NCBI GenBank assembly: GCA_963749155.1
Contig: CAVVLO010000001.1
Location: forward strand, 544,001 to 608,000
From: an uncultured Armatimonadia bacterium
GTDB taxonomy: Bacteria; Armatimonadota; Zipacnadia; CAVVLO01
Length of the DNA stretch: 64,000 bases
Direction: 5' to 3'
The notes under the pieces are model-generated. The model saw only the letters and a program-made list of their open reading frames with translations. It ran no database searches and was not told the origin of the DNA. Each line of letters opens with the position of its first letter. Position 1 is the stretch's first letter. Position numbers and translations under genes: made by a program. This document shows positions 52,286 through 61,422 of the stretch, in pieces.

Positions 52286-54430
52286 CTACCTGTTCCAGGC
52301 TGATGCAAGTTTACGCACTTGCGCCTTCAGCAAGCGAGCTTCTCCACCCTCGGCAGCGAGAGTCACCTGATTTTGGCCTGCTTCAAACAGAAAGCCCAGG
52401 GGCAGGTAGCTCCTGCCTTCCGCGCCGAATACTTCGCAAGTGGTGCGATCTACTAGCAACCGAAGCTTCAGATGCCCCTCGAGAAGCGGTACAGGGGCTT
52501 CGCGGTCCAGATAATGCAAGCGCTGCGATGCCATATCATAGGTTAGCTCAAATCCTTTGACGCTCAGCACCAGACGCTGGGCCGTGCCGGGATCGAGGTC
52601 GAGTTCGATATCGAACAAGCCCTCAGGACTTTCGGCGACGAGAGTGGATGAGGCTGCAATCGCCAAATTGCCCAAGCTGGTCTCTGAAAGGGCCAGGTTA
52701 GCTATCTCGGCAACTGGCCAGGCATACAGCGCAGGGCCTGCTTCGGTCTGGCGCAAAGTCAGTTCCACCGGGAAGCCCATCAACTGATTGAAAGGCATCT
52801 CGGGCGCTGCCATCGTGCCCCAGCAGATCTGGATGCGCCTGCCGTCCTCGGGAGGGACGTTGGTGAAGGTCTGTGAAGCGTAGAAGCAGTTGCCCCAGTT
52901 ATAGGGCTTTTTTGGACCGTCGGGAGTGAATTGCTTCCCATCGAACTGGCCCACAGCATATTCACCACTGGCCGCATAAAGCACCCAGCGCGACTCGCCA
53001 GGAGAGTCCTGGACCGGCAGCTCAAATAGCTCCGGGCATTCGAAATACCCGACGATGCGGCTCGCGTATTCCCACTCTTTCAGATCGGGAGAGGTGTAGA
53101 AAGCGATAGCCTGATCGACGCCTTCGCCGTTTTCAAGTGGACGCTCATCATAAACCGCCATCACCCAGTGCCCACCTGGCTCGTACCAGATGACCTTGGG
53201 GTCGCGTCCGGAGTGCTTCACCACGGGATTGCCTTCCCAGTCGATGAAGGTGCGCCCCTTATCCAGACTGTAAGCCATCGCCTCGCCGCGCGCGGTGCTG
53301 GTGAAGAAAGCCGCCATCACGGGGTTGTCTGGCTCGCCGAGGCCAGAAGTGTTCTCGTTGTCGATAACCGCACTGCCGGAGAAACAGTGATCATCATAGG
53401 CGCGCGGGTAGAGTGCGATAGGCAGCTCTTCCCAGTGCACCAGGTCCTGGCTGACCGCGTGACCCCAGTGCATATTGCCCCAACTCCAGCCATAAGGGTT
53501 GTGCTGGTAGAAGAGGTGCCACTCGCCCTCGTGATAGACAAGCCCGTTGGGATCGTTATTCCAGCCTCTGCGACTGCTGAAGTGGAACTGGGGGCGATAC
53601 CGCTCCTGGTAGAGGTGCTCAGCCCCACGTATCACAGCGTCCTGACTGACCAGAGCTAGCGCTTCGGGATTGCTGCCGGGAGGCTGGGGGATGACCAGGC
53701 GTATTTCCTGCCCCTGGAAGGCAGACAAATCAATAAAGGCCCAGAAGTCCGGTTCAGAATCGGCGAATTCGATGTCGAAGTCGCGCAGCAACTTGTCGTC
53801 GATGTAGAGTGACGCGCGGCGAACCGGCGCGCCAGTCTTGACGGGCAGATTGAGATAGCGGTGTTCGACTTTCATCAGAGCCTCCAGATCCGGTAAGGGG
53901 AGCGCTTGGTAACTTTGGTGGATGTGGTCGAGGTTGATGTGGCCCCAGCCGACTGTTGCTGTGTCGACAATCTGGATAACTGCCTGTTGGCCAAGCAAGT
54001 CAGAGACCTCCCAAGAGGCCCATTCCAGCCGTTCGGTGCCGCCTGGTTTATCATTCGGCCCCGTGGCAGTGCGGACGACCTTGCCATCAACCAGCAAGTT
54101 GATACAGGCCTGGCCGGGGTGCATACCTCCGCCAATCAGGAAGTTGATGAAGGGACGCTCGAGGGTGAAAGGCGGAGAGGTCAGGCTGCCTGTAGAACCG
54201 TCGCCCCCCACAAAGGAATTGACGAGACCACGACCTAGATGACCAGTAACGATCATCTGACCTGGCAAGGTGCCCTGGGCTGGGCCAGCGCCGAAGGCTG
54301 CACCGGTGACGGTCCAGTCGCCCCAATCAGGGCCTTCGAAATCGGCGATGAGCAGATCATCAGCTCTGCCAAGCCAGGCCAGGCAGAGGATAAGCCCAAG
54401 CGCGCAAGCTACCAGCATCGGGTGCTGCAT
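52286..54430 (-). CDS. Secreted GH32 beta-fructofuranosidase/levanase with N-terminal accessory domains
   Basis: Signal peptide; WNNDPNG, WGHAVS.DL, FSGSAV, RDPKV, FECP, YASQT catalytic motifs. Confidence 0.92.
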   Translation of the reverse strand: MQHPMLVACALGLILCLAWLGRADDLLIADFEGPDWGDWTVTGAAFGAGPAQGTLPGQMIVTGHLGRGLVNSFVGGDGSTGSLTSPPFTLERPFINFLIGGGMHPGQACINLLVDGKVVRTATGPNDKPGGTERLEWASWEVSDLLGQQAVIQIVDTATVGWGHINLDHIHQSYQALPLPDLEALMKVEHRYLNLPVKTGAPVRRASLYIDDKLLRDFDIEFADSEPDFWAFIDLSAFQGQEIRLVIPQPPGSNPEALALVSQDAVIRGAEHLYQERYRPQFHFSSRRGWNNDPNGLVYHEGEWHLFYQHNPYGWSWGNMHWGHAVSQDLVHWEELPIALYPRAYDDHCFSGSAVIDNENTSGLGEPDNPVMAAFFTSTARGEAMAYSLDKGRTFIDWEGNPVVKHSGRDPKVIWYEPGGHWVMAVYDERPLENGEGVDQAIAFYTSPDLKEWEYASRIVGYFECPELFELPVQDSPGESRWVLYAASGEYAVGQFDGKQFTPDGPKKPYNWGNCFYASQTFTNVPPEDGRRIQICWGTMAAPEMPFNQLMGFPVELTLRQTEAGPALYAWPVAEIANLALSETSLGNLAIAASSTLVAESPEGLFDIELDLDPGTAQRLVLSVKGFELTYDMASQRLHYLDREAPVPLLEGHLKLRLLVDRTTCEVFGAEGRSYLPLGFLFEAGQNQVTLAAEGGEARLLKAQVRKLASAWNR

Positions 54431-54433
54431 CGG

Positions 54434-55687
54434 CTAGTCTTCCACCAGGTTGTCAGCGACCAATTTACGAGCTTCGGCGGAACTCAAGTCGCGGATCGGT
54501 TCCTCTGCGGCGATGATATTGCCGCGAATCTGGAAGAGGTCCGCGCCTTCATCTATCAAGACAGCCGGTTGCCCCGCGCCACTGAGGTGAGAGTTGGTAA
54601 CCAGCACGCGAGCGGCGCCTGGCCCAAGATGGATAGAAGGCGCTCCGCCGACGACCTGGCAGTTGGAGATAGAGACCTGGTTGCGCGGATGAGGCTCTGA
54701 GAAGGACACATAGATGCCCGGATTCACGATGTAAGGCATCGGGCGGATCTGGACGTCGTTGATGAAAGCGCCGTAATAGACGGAGGGGCAGTCTACTTTG
54801 ATACCGCAACCCTCATTGTTGTTGATGAGGATCTGGCTGTCACTGATGGTGAAACCGCACCTGCCCTCGAAGATGAAGCCAAATTCGACGTTCTCGACCC
54901 AGCACTGGGTAAACATCAAAGGCAGCGAATGAGCAGGAGCCTCAGGATTATCTGGCAGGACAGAAACAGGAAGCTGGTGGACAAAAGTCTTGCCTCCTAT
55001 CATAAAACATTTATCCATTATGAGGCCGTCCACCCGGCCAAACTCAAAACCAACGCGGTTATCGCGATACCAGTTGCCTTTGGATTCATCTCCGCCCACG
55101 AACCAGTGGACGTTCTCGATGCGCACGATATCGGCGATGCCATCGAGATGGACGCCAACGCTGTGCACGAAGCCAGTGAGGTTGCGTAGCAAAGCCTGGC
55201 CGGTATTGGTGGCGAACTCGCCAGTCGAGACGCCAACCCAGGCGGCATCGAAGACGATATTCTCGGCCGAGGGATTTATGCCGGCAAGCAATATGGCAGG
55301 GGGATAAGCGACAGGGGCGCTGTTGTCCTGATTGTTGGGATAACTGATTCCCAGGCCTTTCACAGAGGACACGTGATTGAGCACCACTGCGCTGTAGCCC
55401 GGTTGCTCCACGATAAGCCGGACAGCGGTGTTCTCCCACCTGTCGCCCTCGCCCAGGAGGGTAGTGTGAGCTGGCACGTTGAGCGCAGCAGTGATTCTAT
55501 ATTTGCCTGTTGGCAGATAGGCTACACCGGAGACTTGCCCGGCGGCCTCGAGCGCAGCCTGGATAGCCGCAGTATCGTCAGCTACGCCATCTCCGACGGC
55601 GCCATATTCCTTGGCGTCGAACATACCATCGGCCAGAGCGGCCACGGCAAGCAGCAATACGAGCCCCAGTATGATTAGCATCTTCAC
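54434..55687 (-). CDS. Secreted right-handed beta-helix protein (pectate lyase 3-like N-terminus)
   Basis: Signal peptide; AKEYGAVGDGVADDTAAIQAAL..YLPTGKY; beta-helix-like repeats. Confidence 0.82.
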   Translation of the reverse strand: MKMLIILGLVLLLAVAALADGMFDAKEYGAVGDGVADDTAAIQAALEAAGQVSGVAYLPTGKYRITAALNVPAHTTLLGEGDRWENTAVRLIVEQPGYSAVVLNHVSSVKGLGISYPNNQDNSAPVAYPPAILLAGINPSAENIVFDAAWVGVSTGEFATNTGQALLRNLTGFVHSVGVHLDGIADIVRIENVHWFVGGDESKGNWYRDNRVGFEFGRVDGLIMDKCFMIGGKTFVHQLPVSVLPDNPEAPAHSLPLMFTQCWVENVEFGFIFEGRCGFTISDSQILINNNEGCGIKVDCPSVYYGAFINDVQIRPMPYIVNPGIYVSFSEPHPRNQVSISNCQVVGGAPSIHLGPGAARVLVTNSHLSGAGQPAVLIDEGADLFQIRGNIIAAEEPIRDLSSAEARKLVADNLVED

Positions 55688-55699
55688 GATAATCCTCCC

Positions 55700-57013
55700 T
55701 TATCGAACCAGCAGGCTGAGGGTCTCAGCTGCCAGTTCACTTATCTTGTTGCGGTTGTAACCCTGCACCGAGGAGCGCAGCTCATCGTGAAGAGGCTCGG
55801 TCCACTGGGCGGGTATACCCGAGGCGCCAAGCAGCACACCCATAATCGAGCCGGCGGTTGCGCCATTACAGTCGGTATCCAGCCCGCCCATTACAGCGAT
55901 AGATATCGTCTTGCCGAAATCGCCACCACCATGGAGCAGGGCAATAAGCACGATGCAGCAGTTGTTGATGGTGTGCACCCAGTGATACCGGCCATACTTG
56001 GCCATCATCTTGTCCCAGGTGACGCCCCAGTCGTCGGATTCTGCCGCCCAGGCTACGGTGTCGCGCACAGCCTCGGCCAGGCGGCAGTTGGCGGGTATCT
56101 CCGTAAGCGCGAGCTGGATGGCTTCCTGGACACTGCCTGTTACATAAGCGGCCGAGAGGAGCGCTGCGATAAACATCTCCCCATAGATGCCATTTTTCAC
56201 GTGCGAAAGCGCGGCATCACGGAAGGCAAGGTCGGCGGCCAGTTGCAACTTGCCAGGCGCAACCCAGCCCCAGAAGTCGGCGCGGATCTGAGCGCCAATC
56301 CACTCGCGGAAGGGATTCTTTATCAGGGCTGTTGCGGGCGGGGTGACGGTGTCAATCAGGTTGCGATAGGCCACATGTTCGGCGGTGCAGACCGAATTGT
56401 AGGGGAAGTAGGTCAGCCAGCCATTGCCGACGCTGCTGGTCGACATCGCTAGCCCGTGTTGCTTGAAATGCACCAGACCGAAGACCGAATAGTCGGTGTC
56501 GTCGTCCTTGGCGGCATAAGTGATGTTGGGGCGCAGACAATCTTTCATCCCCAGATGGATGCGCAAGGCCTCGGGGACGGTTTCTGGATCAGCCTCGGCA
56601 AAATACTGGGTAAGTGGCCATTCGCCCACATGTTCGAGATAACCTTGAATCCGCTCGCGCGGAAGGCCTTCGACTGGCTTGCCCAGGATACAGCCTGCAA
56701 TGCGGCCATACCAGGCGCCCCGGATTTTTTCTTCAAGCTCTGAGTCCGTTAGAGAAACGGGCAGCTCTCGCGGGCCCTCGGGGCGGGCAGCCTGGATGCC
56801 AGGCAGGTCAGAGGGCTCCTGGTAGGGAAAGTCAGCGGCCGGCACGCGCAGGGCGGCTTTACGCCATAAAGAATCGAGTAGAGCCGCATCGGCCTGGCTG
56901 GCGGGATTGGAGCAATGGGCGAAAGCAGCAACCAGATCCGCAGTCGGGCAGCCTTCTTCGGCAAGCTGGACAAGCTCCTCAGCGAACAAATCGCGAGATT
57001 CCTGGATGGTCAA
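55700..57013 (-). CDS. ADP-ribosylglycohydrolase family protein
   Basis: GAWYGRIAGCILGKPVEG, DDDTDY, SHVKNGIYGE, GLDTDCNGATAGS; TTG 57013 with GGAGGG RBS. Confidence 0.88.
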   Translation of the reverse strand: MTIQESRDLFAEELVQLAEEGCPTADLVAAFAHCSNPASQADAALLDSLWRKAALRVPAADFPYQEPSDLPGIQAARPEGPRELPVSLTDSELEEKIRGAWYGRIAGCILGKPVEGLPRERIQGYLEHVGEWPLTQYFAEADPETVPEALRIHLGMKDCLRPNITYAAKDDDTDYSVFGLVHFKQHGLAMSTSSVGNGWLTYFPYNSVCTAEHVAYRNLIDTVTPPATALIKNPFREWIGAQIRADFWGWVAPGKLQLAADLAFRDAALSHVKNGIYGEMFIAALLSAAYVTGSVQEAIQLALTEIPANCRLAEAVRDTVAWAAESDDWGVTWDKMMAKYGRYHWVHTINNCCIVLIALLHGGGDFGKTISIAVMGGLDTDCNGATAGSIMGVLLGASGIPAQWTEPLHDELRSSVQGYNRNKISELAAETLSLLVR

Positions 57014-57090
57014 TTGGATTCCCTCCAAAAAGCAGTATGAATTGCGCACCAGTTGGCGATAGAGGGAAGGCTTCCTGCTGAGGAGGGCAG

Positions 57091-57300
57091 TTAAAGAGCG
57101 CTTGTCTTGCGCACAATCATCCAGTGGAAGAAAAGTGCGAGCGCCAGGCCAAAGAGTCCCCCAAAGACGAGGGATTTCGTGAGAAAGGCAAGAGGCAGTT
57201 GAAGCTCGAAGGGCTTGGAGGCAAGCGACATTACAACCCCATAGCTGAGGACCAGCGCGGTTATGAGACCAAGCAGAGCGCTCTTGAACCAGCCAAACAC
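57091..57300 (-). CDS. Small two-TM membrane protein (69 aa), hidden at the 3' end of a shadow ORF
   Basis: GTG 57300 with AAAGGGGGG RBS; two hydrophobic helices; fills intergenic gap. Confidence 0.6.
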   Translation of the reverse strand: MFGWFKSALLGLITALVLSYGVVMSLASKPFELQLPLAFLTKSLVFGGLFGLALALFFHWMIVRKTSAL

Positions 57301-57342
57301 GAGGCTGCCCCCCTTTTTTAACGGTGGTATGAAGGCAAAGGC

Positions 57343-57435
57343 AGTATAAGTGCGAGAAAGTAAGCCCGTCAAGTAAACAGGGGAAGCAGTCCAGAGGGCG
57401 AAGCCTTTGACTCGGCAGGCAGCGCTTCTTATAAT
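57343..57435. promoter_or_regulatory. Divergent sigma70-type promoter pair
   Basis: Minus: TTGACG-18bp-TATACT (57372-57343); plus: TTGACT-17bp-TATAAT (57407-57435). Confidence 0.7.
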
Positions 57436-57471
57436 GCTGTTGGTTTTCACCAAGGGCTGGAGGGCGAGAGC

Positions 57472-58575
57472 ATGGCTCAGGTTACGCTGGCAGACCTTTC
57501 GAAGCGCTTTAAGGAAGTCGTGGCAGTAGATAAAGTAAACCTCGAGATCTTCGATGGCGAATTTATGGTACTGGTTGGACCTTCGGGTTGCGGCAAGACT
57601 ACGACTCTGCGGATGATTGCAGGGCTCGAAGAAGCCACCGAAGGCACTATCCACATTGGCGAGCGGCTGGTAAATGACGTATCTCCGAAGGACCGGGATA
57701 TCGCAATGGTCTTTCAGAATTACGCCCTTTATCCTCATATGACCGTTTATGACAATATGGCTTTCGCCTTGCGCTTGCGCAAGATGCCCAAAGACGAAAT
57801 AGACAGGCGAGTAAAGACAGCCGCCGAGATGCTGGGCCTGGGCACTTTGCTCAAGCGTCGCCCGAAGGAGCTTTCGGGTGGCCAGCGCCAGCGGGTCGCT
57901 CTTGGTCGCGCCATCGTGCGCGAGCCAGCTGTCTTCCTTATGGATGAGCCGCTTTCCAACCTGGATGCCAAAGTGCGCGTTCAGACCCGGGCCGAGCTTA
58001 TCAAGCTGCACCGCCGGCTTGGGGTCACAACTATCTACGTCACCCATGACCAGACCGAAGCGATGACGATGGGCGACCGGATCACTGTAATGAACGATGG
58101 CCTGGTGCAACAGGTAGATACCCCTCTTAACCTGTACAACCATCCTGCCAACAAATTTGTGGCTGGTTTCATCGGCAGTCCCTCGATGAACTTCCTCGAG
58201 GCAATGGTCGAAGAGCGAGAGGGCGGCATCTGGGTTAACTGCGGCGAGTTCTCACTCGAGTTCAATCCCGAGAACGCCGCCAAAGCGAAAGAACGTGTTG
58301 GGCAGAAGATGTTCTTTGGCGTGCGGCCAGAGCATATCTACAGCAAAGAACTGGCCCCTGTGCCCTCTACCGCTGGCAACACTTTGGAGTTCTTCATTGA
58401 TGTTATCGAGCCGATGGGCGCCGATATGATAGTTTATGCCGATAAGGGCGAAGTGCATCTTGTGCTGAGTCTTTCATCGGATTCGCTGGTCGCCGAGGAC
58501 AAGCCTGCCGACCTGGTTTTCGAGATGGCCAAGACTCATCTTTTCGATATGGAAACCGGCGAGGCGCTTTTCTGA
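57472..58575 (+). CDS. Sugar ABC transporter ATPase (MsmX/MalK/UgpC type), orphan
   Basis: GPSGCGKTT, VFQNYALYPHM, LSGGQRQR, DEPLSNLDAK, FIGSP.MN; C-terminal TOBE region. Confidence 0.94.
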   Translation: MAQVTLADLSKRFKEVVAVDKVNLEIFDGEFMVLVGPSGCGKTTTLRMIAGLEEATEGTIHIGERLVNDVSPKDRDIAMVFQNYALYPHMTVYDNMAFALRLRKMPKDEIDRRVKTAAEMLGLGTLLKRRPKELSGGQRQRVALGRAIVREPAVFLMDEPLSNLDAKVRVQTRAELIKLHRRLGVTTIYVTHDQTEAMTMGDRITVMNDGLVQQVDTPLNLYNHPANKFVAGFIGSPSMNFLEAMVEEREGGIWVNCGEFSLEFNPENAAKAKERVGQKMFFGVRPEHIYSKELAPVPSTAGNTLEFFIDVIEPMGADMIVYADKGEVHLVLSLSSDSLVAEDKPADLVFEMAKTHLFDMETGEALF

Positions 58576-58644
58576 GCGCGCATCTAACCAGGAAGGCCAA
58601 GGGCACAGGGCATCCCCCTGTGCCTTTCCTTTGCCAGAAGGCTT

Positions 58645-59811
58645 ATGAGCGAAACTTTACTGCGGGGTAAGGAATTCCGTATCCCGCCCAGAATCATATT
58701 TGGGGCCGGCAGCCTTGCCAGGATTGGTGAGGAAGCAGCGGCGCTTGGCAACAAGGCTTTGCTTGTCACTGGCAAGCGCGCGATGAAAGAGAGCGGGACA
58801 CTTGCGCGAGTTCAGAAAGCTTTGAAGCAGGCTTCAGTACAGGTGGAAGTGTTCGACCAGGTCGAGTCTGAACCGACTCTTTTCTGCCTGATGGAGGCGC
58901 TAGAGGCGGCGCGCCAGAACCAGGTGCGACTTGTAATAGGCCTGGGTGGTGGCAGCGCGCTGGACGTTGCAAAAGCAACAGCTGGGCTTGCTTTTGCAGA
59001 GCGGACTCCTGCCGAATACTTTCGGGGCGCCTCGATTGAACCTGCCGAGCGACTGCCTTTTATGGCAGTGCCGACTACCGCGGGCACCGGGGCAGAAGTC
59101 ACTCCCAATAGTGTGCTGACCGATGAGGCCAGCTCGCGCAAAGCCAGCATAAGACATCCTGACTGGTTTGCAAAAACAGTGCTGGCCGATCCGGAATTGC
59201 TTGCCTCCTTACCCCTTGACCAGGCGCTTGCTTCAGGCGTGGATGCGCTTGCCCATTCGCTGGAAAGCCTGGTCTCAACCGGCGCCAACGATTTAACGGC
59301 TCCAGTTTCAACCCAGGCGGCTGTCGGCTTGATGGCCAACTTGCCCAGGCTCGCTGACCAAGGCTATTCCGCCCCAGTTGCGGCTCAGTTGCTGTCGGCC
59401 AGCCTGCTGGCAGGTATCGCGCTGGCAAATGCAGGACTGGGACTTGTTCACGCGCTGGCGCACCCACTCGGAGTATTATGTAAAGCAGGTCACGGCCTGA
59501 CCTGTGCTGCTCTTCTGGCGCCGGTTGTCCGATTCAACTTCGAGACAGGGCGCGAGCGCTATACTCAGGTCACACGGATGGTAGACTTGTCTTTGCCTGG
59601 CCAGGCTGAAAGCGGGTTGAGTTTACCCAGGCAACTGGACGAATTGCTAAATCGGCTAGGCTTGCCAGCCAGTCCGGCCAGTCTGGGGCTTACCAGAGAA
59701 CAAGCCCGGCGCCTGGTGCGAGAGCTTAATCGGGAAGGCTCTTTTAGATATAATCCGCGCTCAGCAAGCGATGAAGAGCTGGTTGGGCTGTTGATGGGGG
59801 AGGTGGGCTAG
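58645..59811 (+). CDS. Iron-containing alcohol dehydrogenase
   Basis: GGGSALDVAK, PTTAGTGAEVT, DALAH..E, GLVHALAH. Confidence 0.9.
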   Translation: MSETLLRGKEFRIPPRIIFGAGSLARIGEEAAALGNKALLVTGKRAMKESGTLARVQKALKQASVQVEVFDQVESEPTLFCLMEALEAARQNQVRLVIGLGGGSALDVAKATAGLAFAERTPAEYFRGASIEPAERLPFMAVPTTAGTGAEVTPNSVLTDEASSRKASIRHPDWFAKTVLADPELLASLPLDQALASGVDALAHSLESLVSTGANDLTAPVSTQAAVGLMANLPRLADQGYSAPVAAQLLSASLLAGIALANAGLGLVHALAHPLGVLCKAGHGLTCAALLAPVVRFNFETGRERYTQVTRMVDLSLPGQAESGLSLPRQLDELLNRLGLPASPASLGLTREQARRLVRELNREGSFRYNPRSASDEELVGLLMGEVG

Positions 59812-59815
59812 TTCA

Positions 59816-60577
59816 ATGAAAACAGTTGAAGACGTCCCTCTCCCGCTTGAAGTCCATCTCGAGGATTTGCGCTGGCATCTGCTGCGCGGGTTGATTTATG
59901 TAATGCTGTCGACCGGCATCGCTTTTTCTTTCCACAAAGAGCTGTTCAAGATTGTTCTAACGCCTGCCCTGGACCTGCTGGCCAGCGCTGATGGGCATAT
60001 CATCACAACTCGCCCCTCGGAAGCCTTCTTTGCCCATTTCAACCTGGCGCTTATGCTGGGCATCATATTCGCCTCACCAGCGCTTGCGGCAGAATTGCTG
60101 GCTTTCCTTTGGCGAGCCTTGCCAGTGTGGCTACGCAAGGGCGTCTGGCTAATCGTGCCTATAATAGTGGTGCTGTTCTGCGCGGGAGTGGCCTTCAGTT
60201 ATTTTATCGTCGTGCCGATAATCTTGAAGTTCTTCATTGGCTTCGCGGCAGCCTCCGAGATGCAGTCGCTGTATACTATAGGGGAGTACATCTCGTTCCT
60301 TACCAGGATGTCACTCATCACTGGGCTTTCTTTTGAAGTCCCAGTGCTGGTCGTATTGCTCATAGCTGCAGGACTTGTCTCGACAAGAGACCTGGGGCGT
60401 CAGCGCCCCTATCTGGTGGTTGGGATATTTATTGCCGCGGCTGTTGTGACGCCAACGGGCGATCCTATTACGATGAGCCTGGTCGGTGTGCCAGTCTATA
60501 TACTGTTTGAGCTGAGTCTTATCTTTGGCAGATTGATAGAACATCGTCGAAAGGCGCCCTCGGACGAAGAAAACTAG
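59816..60577 (+). CDS. tatC: Twin-arginine translocase subunit TatC
   Basis: PLEVHLEDLR, P.EAF, GLSFEVP, AAVVTPTGDP..M, LFELS. Confidence 0.9.
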   Translation: MKTVEDVPLPLEVHLEDLRWHLLRGLIYVMLSTGIAFSFHKELFKIVLTPALDLLASADGHIITTRPSEAFFAHFNLALMLGIIFASPALAAELLAFLWRALPVWLRKGVWLIVPIIVVLFCAGVAFSYFIVVPIILKFFIGFAAASEMQSLYTIGEYISFLTRMSLITGLSFEVPVLVVLLIAAGLVSTRDLGRQRPYLVVGIFIAAAVVTPTGDPITMSLVGVPVYILFELSLIFGRLIEHRRKAPSDEEN

Positions 60578-60639
60578 CTTTCAGGGATTTTTCTGTTTAT
60601 TGAAGGAAATAGAAAAGCTGTGGCGAAGCTTGGCTGTAG

Positions 60640-60648
60640 TGGTATAAT
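60640..60648 (+). promoter_or_regulatory. Extended -10 promoter of the secretin pair
   Basis: TGG-TATAAT about 40 bp upstream of ATG 60688. Confidence 0.55.
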
Positions 60649-60687
60649 ACAGCCAGTCTGAAGCCCGGTTAAGGGGGAGACAGTGGC

Positions 60688-61371
60688 ATGAGAAAGCTCG
60701 CCTTCCTGGCGGTTCTAGTTGTGCTGACAGGCGTCTTTGGCACTTTTGCTTGCGCGGACATGAACACGCCAGTCAGTGTAAGTGTACGCGATGCGGATGT
60801 GCGCGAGGTACTCGACCTGGTGGCAACTGCCGCAGATTTGAAACTCAAGTTCGAGGCAACCCTGCGCGGTCGCATTACTCTTTCGGTCACCGAACGTCCA
60901 GCAGCCACCGTAATGCAGCTTGTGGCTGGGATGATGGGGGTCGAGATGTACGAGAGCGAGGGCGTGGTGACTTTCTCCAGGCCTGGCGATGGGGCGGCTG
61001 ATCTGACAAGCATCAAAAAAGCCATCGCCGATGTGCCTGAGCCCGAGCTTGGCTACAGGGTCTACATAACTCCTGAAAACCAGCAGGTATCCAGCGCTTC
61101 GATGTTTGGCACTGATTATTATGCTACGGAAGACTACGTCACCGAGAAAGTGCCAGTATACTTTGCGGATGCAATCGACATCGCCTACATGTTCGGCGGG
61201 GACGTCATCGAGACTCGCATGATGGACTACGCGGGTGGCGGCGGCGGTGGCAGCTACGGCAACAACAACAGCAACAACAGCAACAGCAACAACCGCAACA
61301 ACAATGACAACAACAACAATCGCAACAGCAACTCTAACCGCAACAGCAACAGCAGCTCGAGCAGCTGGTAG
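60688..61371 (+). CDS. Secreted STN-domain protein resembling a secretin N-terminus, with Gly/Asn/Ser-rich tail
   Basis: Signal peptide; VSVSVRDADVREVL..GRITLSV STN pattern; VTEKVPVYFADA.DI like a secretin N-domain start. Confidence 0.7.
   Translation: MRKLAFLAVLVVLTGVFGTFACADMNTPVSVSVRDADVREVLDLVATAADLKLKFEATLRGRITLSVTERPAATVMQLVAGMMGVEMYESEGVVTFSRPGDGAADLTSIKKAIADVPEPELGYRVYITPENQQVSSASMFGTDYYATEDYVTEKVPVYFADAIDIAYMFGGDVIETRMMDYAGGGGGGSYGNNNSNNSNSNNRNNNDNNNNRNSNSNRNSNSSSSSW
61261..61350. repeat. AAC/AGC trinucleotide low-complexity repeat encoding an Asn/Ser tail
   Basis: aacaacaacagcaacaacagc... visible over about 90 bp. Confidence 0.9.
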
Positions 61372-61422
61372 GCAGCCCTGCTGCCTGACTGACGCAAGGC
61401 AGATCGGAGAAGGAGACTGAAG

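Noticed and set aside
52137..57300. Genomic island integrated at tRNA-Asp
   Set aside because: The sugar genes lie on the 5' side of the tRNA; no integrase or duplicated tRNA 3' end seen; composition not obviously different.
61261..61350. Phase-variable microsatellite
   Set aside because: Trinucleotide, interrupted and at the extreme C-terminus, so slippage would not switch the gene on or off.
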